This document shows positions 52,331 to 63,578 of a stretch of 64,000 nt of DNA, one piece after another (position 1 is the stretch's first letter; every line of letters starts with the position of its first letter). The notes beneath the pieces are model-generated. The model made no database searches, had not been told where the DNA came from, and saw nothing but the letters and a program-made list of their open reading frames with translations. The DNA lies in the NCBI GenBank assembly GCA_051294905.1, contig CM119374.1, forward strand, positions 20,584,001 through 20,648,000, written 5' to 3'. The stretch comes from Botryllus schlosseri. Lineage: Eukaryota. Made by a program: the position numbers and the translations under genes.

Positions 52331-53825
52331 GAGATGTACGACAACTTGATTAAATTTTTAGTTCCGTTACAAATGCGATCTCTGGTGAGTGGTGATGTGC
52401 GTCGTGGGGAGCCAGTCGATTATAGACGAGCCGTATAGGGCCTACTTAACAATAACATCGAGATGTAAGATGTAACCCATGGTCGCTAACTATGTGTCAA
52501 ACGTTTTGGATTTTCATTAGCTCGCGGTACGTTAATTAATTGTAGGCCAGTCAGTAACTTTTGCGGAAGAATGCAGTATGGTTTTAAGATGCCTATATGT
52601 AAAGAGCTGATGTAGTAGTTCTCAACCGAGGTATCATTTGGAATGATCGAGGGGCACTTCGACAGCCCCTCCCCAAATGTTGGACTTGGGCTTCCAAGAA
52701 GGTGATCAATTGAGCTCCTGGGGAATTCGCCCTCAAACCCCCTTTTACGATTGGCGTGTATACCATAGCTAGAAGTCGGGTGTTTCTTTATATCAGAAGC
52801 CAGTGTGTATCTGCTGTCTAGTCGCGCCAGGCGCACAACTTTTTCCAGTCATGACTGAATTTTGCCAATAACATTGGTAATTGTAAATATAACTATTAAT
52901 ATTTGATCCAATCAGGTACGTGAACAGATTTACTGGTAGAGCTGAGGGAGGTGGTGTCTTTGAAAATTTAGGCCACCGAATTAATTACATACAACTTCTC
53001 CTGGGCCGTTGTTGCATGGATACTTTCTTTCGTATTAATTACTTTGTTGCATGTTGTCATTTGTGGCCGCTCGTCTGCTATATTAGAGTCAAAAGATAGG
53101 TTACGGCCAAAATGTCGTGGACATTTTCGGCCTACATTTCCTCGCGGCCGATAACCATATAAAAATCATAACATATCTGGCGACTACAAATCGCGCGAAG
53201 CTCGAAGAGCATTTTCAAGTTGAATAAGTTTCTCTAAAAATGCTTTGTATTTTATGTTGATTGACAGAAGAATTTTGGGCTTCCTTCTAGCTCACCCACC
53301 AATTAGGGGGTGGTCATGGCCGTGGGTGTTGCAAGGCTGCGTTTTAGTACTTCATGTAGCTTAAAACCGATAGCAGCTGGTTTTATGTATTTAGAACCCG
53401 GTGACGTTGCGGTTTCTGGTCAGAAAAGCGCGTCTGCGTTAACGCACGCAAAATTCGTCAAGAGGCACCCGAATACGGCGCATCACAAACCAGGTGTACC
53501 GTTGTGATACAATAGACAGCGCATTGTTTCGCTAATTTGCGATTATTCGAACACAAGGCGAGTTTGTAATACAGTGCGATATTGGAGGGGTACTGATGCC
53601 CTGACCAAGTCTTATAACTCGATACTAGAACGGCCGAAACAGGCATTTCATTGTAACTTCGAAGAATAGTAAAAGTTTACAACATTATTGGCGTTTGGCC
53701 TATCAGTCCAGGGCCATAAACTGTTAACAGTGAGGAAAATTGATATATTAGGAATGCGAGGCAATCGATATCAACCAAGCATAGTTGTAATAAAATGGGT
53801 TGAATTTTGAATATGACTTCACTAT

Positions 53826-54420
53826 CACTATGACTCGGAGTGTCGGACTTGACCCTCTGCATCTCGAATTGAAGTGAATTGAAAATGACTCGAGTCAAAC
53901 ACTAGGGCCTACGTAATTGAGATTGCGTCGGAACCTTGTGACTTGGTTAAAAACCAGCGATGAGCATCGGAGTGGATTTGGAGCGGAGTTTTGCCGATTT
54001 TGTGACAGTCGGAGTTTACTACAGATATTTTTTCGGAGAATTTCGGAGTATTGTGACTTAAGTCTCCGATATCTTTGGATAGCTCTGACCAAAATACACT
54101 ATTGATTATGATTACAAACCAAAACACAGACAGTTGACACCTTCGTAAATTCGTAATATGACGGGTAACATGCAAAAATGATTGCCAAGTGCATAAAAGT
54201 CAGCCATCTGCACTGCAACTGGGGACTGGAGAGTAAACAATACTATTAGGCCAACCATATTATCACATGTACCATGTTGTACCATGTACCATGCTTGCCA
54301 CTGTTTCGGATACTTGACGAGATTCATCTGAGTATCTCGGAGTCTGAGATTGAGCTCTTCGGAGTCGGAGGGAGTTTTCCTCAGACACTAAAGTTGTCGG
54401 AGGGATTCGGAGTCTCGAAA
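53826..54420. mobile_element. Degenerate element with CGGAGT(C) subterminal repeats, just upstream of paralogue C
   Basis: About ten CGGAGT motifs in two clusters (53830-54065 and 54335-54415). Ends not resolved. Confidence 0.45.
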
Positions 54421-54574
54421 AGCACTATCCGCTCATCACTGTTACAATCCCTCCCTATACACATCTAGCAATCCGTAATCAGCCGCATGATCACGACGTT
54501 TCGCCCGTTGATAGAATATTTAATCGATCGATCATATTGAATTAATTACTCTGACACCCTCGCCGGCAGTGAAG

Positions 54575-57500
54575 ATGCTGTGCTGCCCGAAGAGTTTCGA
54601 TAGCAGGTCGTGGGCTGTAGCTTGTGCCTACACAACACTGGTAAGTATGTCTCATAAATTTATATTCTGCTCTCCGTACATTCGTCGCTTGTTTTATATG
54701 CTACGAAACAACCACGCTAAATGCGTTGAACGTATCCCAACCGAGCTATATCTAGAAATATTGCATTGTGATATTGTTGCCCTTTGTTTTGAAAGAGTCT
54801 TCCTTGTTAGTTCGACATTCGTACCATCGCTATCACAGGAGCAGTGTGCTCTAAATATGAGGTGGTGTCAAATTAAAGTAGAATGCGTGAACAACTTTTT
54901 AGCAGCAGCCATTTTCTTCAGGAATCCATCGTATTCGAACTAAAGCTAGAATATTTTCACGATTTTACCATTCTGCTCTATCTGTGTGGTAGCGTCGTAT
55001 ATACCTTCTCAACCCTATATGAAAAATTTCAGAAACGCATTTACTTGCTTTTGCACTTTCCCAACGCGATCCATATAGGGATATATGGAATTTTAGACTG
55101 TTGTCAGACGGTATTATAAAAGCAGTGCGTTTCAATCTTGTTGAGTACCATCCGTATACTCATTTGTGGGCGAATATTTCATCCACACATACCAACTGAT
55201 AATAATCATACAAAACGAAAATGAAGGCTCTTAACACTTTTCTATTCAAACGTCCAGCAAGTAGGCTACCGGTTTATCAGTGACTCTGTTGCTGCTGAAT
55301 CTTTCTGGCAATTTCAAACCAGCTCACCGGGTTAGGTCAACGGTTGTCTCTTCAAGGAGACATCTCTTTTTCTCGCCTTTGATACCATCCAGTACATTAG
55401 AGTAGAGAAGTACTGAGTGTAATGGAGCTATTCCACGCCAGAAAAAGTTGAAAACATGCACAATTGTCATCCACACAAGTGTGTATCCTCCCACAGGTTC
55501 AAAAGCACTGTTATAAAAGAACTGCGTCCTAACACAAGGTTCTAATTACGGATTACGGTACGTAGGCGACCAGGCGTATGGTGCCTGCGCCTGGTTCGAT
55601 GAAAAAATAAAGACTCTCTCAACGGACGATAACTTTTAGCCAGGTATATAAGGCTAATTGTGTGTGAAGCAGACTCTCATTACGACTTGCAATATCGATG
55701 CATCACTATTACGAAACGTAATGAGCCTGTCAAGCATTACACTTCTCTAGGATACTGGTGTGCAAAATGAAATGTGCATCATCAACAGTGTTATAAGAAC
55801 AAAAGAATTAAAACATTATTATAACCTGTACAAAAAGATTTTGAATAATATTAATTGTAAATCAGTGTAACTCTTGCTTAAACCTTTCGGTGCCCAGTCC
55901 AGAAACGCGAGATGTCACCTAGGAAAGTATGGTATTCCGAAATATTTACTTGGGAATGGAGGATTCCTTTTTTCATATGTGCAATATTTGCAGCTGGTGT
56001 ATGGCACCGCCTTCCTGATATTTATCCCATTTGTGTTCCACCCTGGAGTGTTCAACTGCGTGCCCAACGAATCAAGTAGCCAACTGAGCCTCCGTGAGTA
56101 CTGATATTGAAGTTATAGCTATATGTCGCAAACTACTAATCTGTAGTACGAGAGTTCCCAACCTGTGGGCTTTGCGGATTTTTCAAGGCCGGCATGAAAA
56201 CTGTATCATCTTCAAGTGTACTCCACTAAAATAAAAGTATTACATTGAAATTCAATAAAAATACTAGTACAGCAATAAAGCTACGAATTGAACTTGGGTT
56301 TACTTTCTTTGTTTTACATTCGGATTTTTTATCGTTAATATTTTGAGATTTGCGCTATGGCTACCCTGATAAATAGGAAAAGGGAAATATAATATTAATA
56401 ATCCTAAGCTTGCATGGCTTTAACATATAGCTATTTATACAGTATACATGTACTGTACAATAGGGCTCTTCAAAAATGACTTTTTTTCTCAAATCGTACT
56501 GGCTACTTGATGAAATTGATAGGTTACCTAATTTAAGCCTACACACCAAATTTGGTTTAATTCCAGCCAGTAACCGCTTTGCTACACGAGATGAAAGTTT
56601 CTATTTATTATTAAAAATAAATAATAAAAAATACGAAAATTTTCTGTTCACCCCATGAAAGTGTTAGGCTGTCTGTATAAACTATGCTCACCAAATTTGG
56701 TTCAATTCCAACCAGTAGAAGCGGAGTTATTGCCGTCGAAAAATTTGGATTTTAATAAAATAGTATTTACGGTGACCGATTCTTTGTTTATTTATTATAG
56801 TTCTGCTCACCGTAAATACTATTTTATTCAACTCTAAATTTTTCGACTTCAGTAACTCCGCTTCCACTGGTTGGAATTGAACCAAACTTGGTGAGCATAG
56901 TTTCTATAGACAGCCTAACACTTTCATGGGTTGAACAGAAAATGTTCAAATTTTTTATTAGTTATTTTTATATAATAAATAGAAACTTTCATCTCGTGTA
57001 GCAAGCAGTTACTGGCTGGAATTGAACCAAATTTGGTGTGTAGGCTTAAATTAGGTAACCTATCAATTTCATCAAGTAGCCAGTACGATTTGAGAAAAAA
57101 AGTCATTTTTGAAGAGCCTGTACAATGTATGCTACATGAAAAAGGAGCGTGCAAGCCACATTGTGTTTTAGGTTCAACACTCTAGACCACCAGTTACTGT
57201 AAATGTAAAGCTACTATTTAATCAAAATAATGTTACCTAATTTTTTCAGTTTTAGTTTTCAGACAGTTTAGATATAATTTTTTCAGAGACGGTGCTATAT
57301 CACGCAATTCCGGTGTACGAGGCTACCTGTAGTCTTTGCATTGGATCATTCCTCGTCGCCCTTCTGTCTCTATTGTGCATTGTAGGGATACATAAGGTTC
57401 GGTTTTAGTAGAGGAAAAATCTCGCATGGGCTGGGCTTGTGGTAAATTCCTCTATTTTTTTAATCATAGGAAAGCAGCGGTTTTTTGACTCCGTATTTGA

Positions 57501-58277
57501 TATTAATGAGTATCTTAGCTCTTCTGTCTGTTGTCAAACCATATTTCGCTTTCAATAATCTCCGTCTTCTGGATGAATTTGCAATGAATGAAGATTCGGA
57601 GAATATGGGGCCATATACGGTTGGTAGTCACTTTGATTTCGAGCGGATCTGCAGTGAAAGGATTGTAGCGTGGTCATTTTCAGGAAATGAATGAAGTTAT
57701 CAATTCGATGAGAGTTTTAATGACGCTGCTGTCGTACTGGGTATTTGTAAGTATTATTTTCATCATCATTGAGGTTATTCAACTATATGCTTCAAGTCTT
57801 GATCTGAATGTTATTTTACTATGTTATATCGTGTCGGTGTCATATTCCAACGAATAGTGAGTGTTAGCTATTCTTGAAGTAGGCCTATATCAGTCATTAT
57901 TCGGACGACAAAAGCTTTTGCTCCTTGGTTCGCATCTATAATATTGACTGCATTGGAATACTGACGTCATAGCCAATTTAGAATTAAGAATCACACGCAT
58001 TGGATTTTCATGATGTAATTACAGACTCTCTCGGATGCAAACCGCAGTCGGTACTAGGTATAGTTACTTCCTTAGTGTTTTCAACGAATTTTCAGGTTTA
58101 GTTTACCAATGGATTTTCTATCTGCAGATTACACCCATCGCCGTGGTGGGCAGACACTGCAACCGACTGATGACACGCAACGCTAGCGGATATGCCAGAG
58201 TGCCTTTTATAGAGGGGCCGCCCACTCAAGAATCTCAGCCACGCGGATTTTCTGTGGCCTCGGCTGGCGGGGTTTGA
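54575..58277 (+). CDS. LAPTM4-like four-TM protein, paralogue C, 212 aa. Exons 54575-54640, 55994-56093, 57287-57396, 57470-57619, 57684-57746, 58128-58277
   Basis: Canonical splice sites, phases 0-1-0-0-0, 639 nt in frame. Four hydrophobic segments; GIHK|ESSGFLTPYL matches the LAPTM GAYK|QRAAWIIPF junction; tail has GYARV (GYxxPhi). AATAAA at 58563. Confidence 0.85.
56458..57120. mobile_element. Foldback / long-TIR MITE (Tc1/mariner-like, TA flanks) in paralogue C intron 2
   Basis: Arms 56458-56775 and 56807-57120 are near-perfect reverse complements around a 31-nt spacer; the ORF track gives almost the same peptide on + (56476) and - (inside 56924..57154). Confidence 0.9.
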
Positions 58278-59469
58278 GTTGTCTTTTGGAACGGGATGTA
58301 TATTGTATGCCTATATATTGTACAGTAAAGAAGATTCCAATACTAAGTTTTTGCGAAGTTCAGAAGTTCGTTATGGTCTCTATCGGCCTAGTTTGTATCC
58401 CATCACGACGAGCGACACTTCATTATCTAGTAGCGTGGGGCAGATCGAAATATTCGCTGGTACGACTCCGATCCTGTTTCTTCAAAACTGAATCCGGGTC
58501 CGATGCGATTTCGGCTGTTTCCGAAATAGTATGAATCCGCATTCAATCAGGCTCCGCCCAAAAATAAAATAAATCCTGCCAATATCCATCCAAGGAACTT
58601 ATTATATCCTGTACACCCAGAGGTGTCAAACTCAAATTGCGTCGCGGGCCGGATTCAAACCATCAAATACTTTGTTATCAGGTGTATATAGATAGATAAA
58701 TAGTGTATTACATTGTACCACGGATCATGGTCGTGGTTATATTCTAGCAAGCAGCGACACCTTTATTCGCGAACAACGGCATTGGCAAAAACACGATCAT
58801 TGAATGAATATAGATATAAACCAAACCGCTAAAATATGGCTCTAACGACGACATAAGTATGAGCATATTTCTATGCTCATTCGCTTTAGTCGTATAGTCT
58901 GGCGCATGAGGTCCTGCGTATGAGGTTGTTAATAATATTAAAATATTTCAGTGGTCTCGTCATCTTGTGTGCCACGGACGCAATTAAATTCAGGAAAATT
59001 CATGAAAACGGCACTCAGATGAATATACTACTGGATAGAACAAATTCAGCAACAGCGGGCGATAGGGCGGGGGTCACACGACTTATCAAACAGAGTAAAA
59101 TGAAGGTTGAGCCTAGTATACACTCATCGGGCAGACTGCGTATGAGGCGTGAAGAATGCAAGAGATTTAACTGCAAACACGATTGTAGTGTTTTTTTAAT
59201 ATTATTTATTCGCGATTCGGGTATGTATGGAGTACGGAGACTTTATGAGATGGAATGACACCGCAGTGCGACCACAGATATTTTAATTATATTACTTGTA
59301 AAACTAATATTTTCTTCATTTAAACTGCATATAATAGTTCTGCATTGGCATTCTCGCTTTTGTGAATAACTACGTTTTGATCCATTTCCCCACGAAGTCC
59401 GTGTTCACTTTTTGCTCTCTCAAAATTCGGTGCAATGTCACCGACTTGTTTCTAGATGTAACTATAGAG

Positions 59470-59809
59470 TAGGGTTACCATAGTCCCGTTCTAAGAGGAT
59501 TTGTCCTCCTTTTTGAGAATTTCGGTTAAATGTACGTGGAAGTTGGCAGATATATAGGAGCCAAGTAACGGACCGACGTGGTTTTCGGGATTTGAGCCAG
59601 AAAAACGACATTTTTTAGCCAACCAACGGTAAATCTCATAGAAAGCCAGTGATTCGGGATATGAGCTGAAAAGATGACCTTTTTTTAGTAAACCGACCAC
59701 TAAGTCGGGAAAAATTTTCCAATTTTTTCACGAATTTACTCCAGTATTGTAAGTCAGAAAATTTTGAAAAAGTGTCCACTTTTCAGATCTCCAAAATATG
59801 ATAACCCTA
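59470..59809 (-). mobile_element. TAGGGTTACC-family hAT MITE
   Basis: TAGGGTTACCATA / TATGATAACCCTA, TGTCCTC repeats, reverse-complement relative of 17679 and 42863; flanks share TAGAG. Confidence 0.75.
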
Positions 59810-60700
59810 AACTAGAGTGACACACCAACGCCGTAGTCGGGTGGTAAAAACGTGTCCTGTGGACTGGATATGCTCAATATTTGTTGTTTTGAGGGATTAT
59901 TTATAATTGAAGTACAGAAAATCGCAACATTCGTTACAAATGCGCTGGATAATATATAGCAAGTTTCAATTTACTCAGAATTGCTTCGCTGGCCGTATGA
60001 TGTACACTATATTCTCTAGTAGTCCGACCGTATAAGTAAAAGTATGAATCCGACTCCGGCGAAAAAAATTCAGTGGAAATCCAGTCCATGGACTATCCAT
60101 GTCCAGCTCTTACCCATGTAAGCTGAAAGCTTTTGTTTCGTTTAAACAGCAAATGGATCTTTACAAGAAATATATTATTGTAATATGCATCTATCTCATA
60201 ATGTGCAGCCGAAAGTAAAGTTAACGTAGCTGATGTTGAATTTCCCCAAAAGTGTGGTATGTTTGCCTATATAGCGGCCTAGAGAGGCCAACTGTAATTC
60301 CCCGCGCAAAGTTCTTTATCCGGAGTTGAAGTGTAACGAACGTGATGAAATATAAGCGTATGTCCAATCTATCAGCTTCAGGGCTCTAAAGGTAATCTGC
60401 CGCCCTACGAATTGTACGGTTCACTAAATTGGTGCAGCTCATATTTGATACCTGTCTTATGTAAACATAATCCTCCGTTCAACATTATTATATATTCTGA
60501 TAGAATAAAGACAAGTATTCAGTACTTTCCCCTTTCGCGCTGAGAACAGGAAGTATACCCTACGCCATGGGATTAACACAGGAATTTAAACGACATGATA
60601 GTCCCCAATAAACTAATAAATTTGTGAAGCGAATCATTGTACGGCATCATTTGTTGTTTGCGTGATTCCGAGGGAACGTTCGGATTGGAAGTATTATCAT

Positions 60701-61102
60701 TAGGGCAAGTTTTTGCAACTTTTTTTTACAGCTTCCGGCAGCTTCCTACATACTCGTAAGATATGTAGAATGCTGTTTTAAGCTGTTTGAAGGAATCTTA
60801 TTGTGCAACTTTTTGCAACTTTTGTCCGTTTTTTTCGTGCAACTCTTCGCAACATTTTGCAACTTTTTCGATTTTTCATGAAAGTATTTTCGGTTTTGGA
60901 GAAATACACGGCCAAATTCGACTGAAACACCGTAAATCAGCCCCGAAGTACGGGTATTTTGGGAGCTGAGCCGGTAAATTGACCTTTTTTTTAGTCAACC
61001 GAGCAAAATGTGGTCTTTTAGTGCAACTTTTGCAACTTTTGTCAAAAATAAATAAGTAAACGCAACTTTCCGCGGATTTAACTGCAACAAAAACTTGCCC
61101 TA
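60701..61102 (+). mobile_element. hAT MITE, 15-bp TIR TAGGGCAAGTTTTTG
   Basis: Perfect TIR and perfect 8-bp TSD ATTATCAT (60693-60700, 61103-61110); TGCAACTT subterminal repeats. Confidence 0.92.
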
Positions 61103-61623
61103 ATTATCATTGTTTATTTCGTCAACTATAAAAATGCAGAAGGCAGCAATAATAACCATGCGTACAATAAAACGAAATATATTTTTTAAATTTTCAAACA
61201 AACGTTAGTGGTTAGATTGTATTGACAGGGAGACCCATACATGTTTTAATGTAATAACCAATTTCTCCCACACTTGAGTAAAAAAATAAAATGAACGGAG
61301 AAACGGACACAAAATCACGTAAATATAACAGAGAGACACTATAGGATAAAGGGACAGATACTGATATTGATAGTGCGAATTTTCGTGCAGCTAACAATGA
61401 AAATTCCACCAAAGTACACAGTGCGGATGTTGATGTAACATATATGAACCAAAACAAGAACTACATTACGCAATGGTCATATGATATATTCTTAGTAATT
61501 GGCAAAGACCTATATTGATTCAGTTGGGTCATGAATCTAAAAATACTAACCGGGTACAGCCACTCGGCTAACCGAATCAGTTGTTCCTAAACTTTTTAGA
61601 CCGCGACCCAAATCTGAGTTTTG

Positions 61624-62961
61624 TAGGGTTGTCATACGTCCGGAATTTCACTAAAAAACTCCGTCCGAGAGGAAATTCTAGAATACGCTTTTTAATGTCC
61701 GGAATTTTGAAGGCTTGAAGTAGGCTAAAAATGTATTCGTAAATCAACATAGACAACAGATTTGTGGTATTTGAAATTTTTCTTCGCGCCTGGCGCGATT
61801 TAATACTTAACTTATGTTGATATTAATATGGGAACGACGGACGGACGGAAAATGCAAATGCGATCAAAAATAAATGGAAATAGCCATCATTTACCGATAT
61901 AAGTGTAATGGTAATCGCAATTATAAGATAACGGGATATTCCGGGCAGTGGCGTACGAGCATATGCTACCGCCTCTGGCTTTCGCTGAAAATGCCGCCCA
62001 AATTTTGAAAGGTCTTGTTGTGTTGAATAAAAAAAAGACCATCACTTCACCTCGACTCACGCATTACCCACCTTTTTCGGTACTTCTGTAGTGTTTAATA
62101 ATAAAATAAAAGTTGATCACCTTACGTTTGCCGCCCCCTTGCAGCCTGCCGCCCCTTGTGCAGGTTCACAACTACCAAGTGACTGCTACGCCACTGATTC
62201 CGAGAGTAGTCTCAGGCCGTTTGGATGCTTATAGTTTAGCCAAAGACAATTGTTCTAAACCTGGGGCTCGTTTTCCTTTATTATGGGGATCGCGAAGATG
62301 TTGGACGTCATCTGCTTCCAAAACAGGCCGTGAATAATTCTGGGCAAGCGGAATTCTTTATTAATCAGCCTGTAATTTTTTGAGCTGGACCGCGGAATTG
62401 CGGCCGTAAATTGTTGGAAACCACCGGATTGGCATGTGCAATCTACTGGTGTATTTTACAGTAATATATGAAAGAACCAATATTATTGACAAAATTCAGT
62501 CACAAATTTTAACAAGCAGATGCATATAGTAAGCCCGCAAGAAGTTGCATCGATTACCCTATGGTGGGCCCAAGATTAGTGCTTTTATGGGCGGAAGGGG
62601 GTTGAAAAAATGTTGTTTCGGACCTGGCTACAACACACAATCAGATAACCGCACAGACCTAGCAGTATAGCAGGGCTGTCAAACACACAACCGGCGGACC
62701 GGGTAAGGTCCACCAGACGATTTCATCTGGCCCGTGACGAAATCTGTTGCCGACCCAAGCAATCATACCAGAGCTCACATTAGAGAGGGCTCAATTCAAA
62801 ACCTATGTTTCACTTTCACTCCACTCCTGTGTACAGTCGATAGGCGAAGCTTTGCTAGTGTGACGTCACATTGACTGACTGTGTTGAAATTTTATTGTAA
62901 AATCCGCTAGTGGGCGCTAAAGAATGTCCGGAATTTTATCTACAAAAATATGGTAACCCTA
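61624..62961. mobile_element. Composite hAT-like element (TAGGGTTGTCATA ... TATGGTAACCCTA, GTCCGGAATTT repeats) holding nested insertions
   Basis: Matching ends and subterminal motifs. It appears to interrupt a GCGACCCAA-type MITE (61577-61623 | 62962-62995) and contains 61946-62196. No TSD seen. Confidence 0.6.
61946..62196. mobile_element. hAT MITE, TIR CAGTGGCGTA, GCCGCCCC repeats
   Basis: CAGTGGCGTA / TACGCCACTG; flanks ATTCCGGG / ATTCCGAG (7/8). Confidence 0.82.
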
Positions 62962-63578
62962 TTTTAGTGGCATCTCGCGACCCAAGCCTCACACATCAAA
63001 AGGCATGTATTTATAATATTAGTTAAATCAGGGATATCTAGACTCGGGGATATCTAGATATGCTACGTGTTTTTCCGGGAACGTCTGACATGGAATGTCG
63101 CCCGAACAACAATTGTACGCAACGCAACTCTATGAAAGATGTCTGGCGCACGCGATTTCAAAATGGGGTGCTTTATTTTCCTCTGGGGTCGCATTTGTAC
63201 TACTGTCTACCCAGTGGTGTCAAACATACGGCCCGCGGACCGGATGAAATGGTCTGGCGGGTCGGAGGTCATTCTGAGTAAATTGTAACATTATTGTATT
63301 ATACAGCACATTTCCAATGGGAGTAAATGTCGAACATGTTTATCGGCCACATTATAACCATCTATCGACAGTGTTGAGTTCTCACTCAGGTAACAATCAG
63401 GAACAAGGTGGTGACATTGACACTGCATTATGGGGAGGCAAAAAGTGCACACTCAGTTCAGAGTTTTCTGGGAAAATGGACCATATCTTAGGTATTCAAA
63501 GAGGCGGAAACGACAATTCGAAACTGTTGCATGTGAAATACACCCACTGCACACACTGCTGCTTGCATTACCATGACC

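Noticed and set aside
58920-59258. 112-aa ORF as a fourth paralogue or secreted protein
   Set aside because: No family motifs, no convincing splice structure, no similarity to the three LAPTM-like genes.
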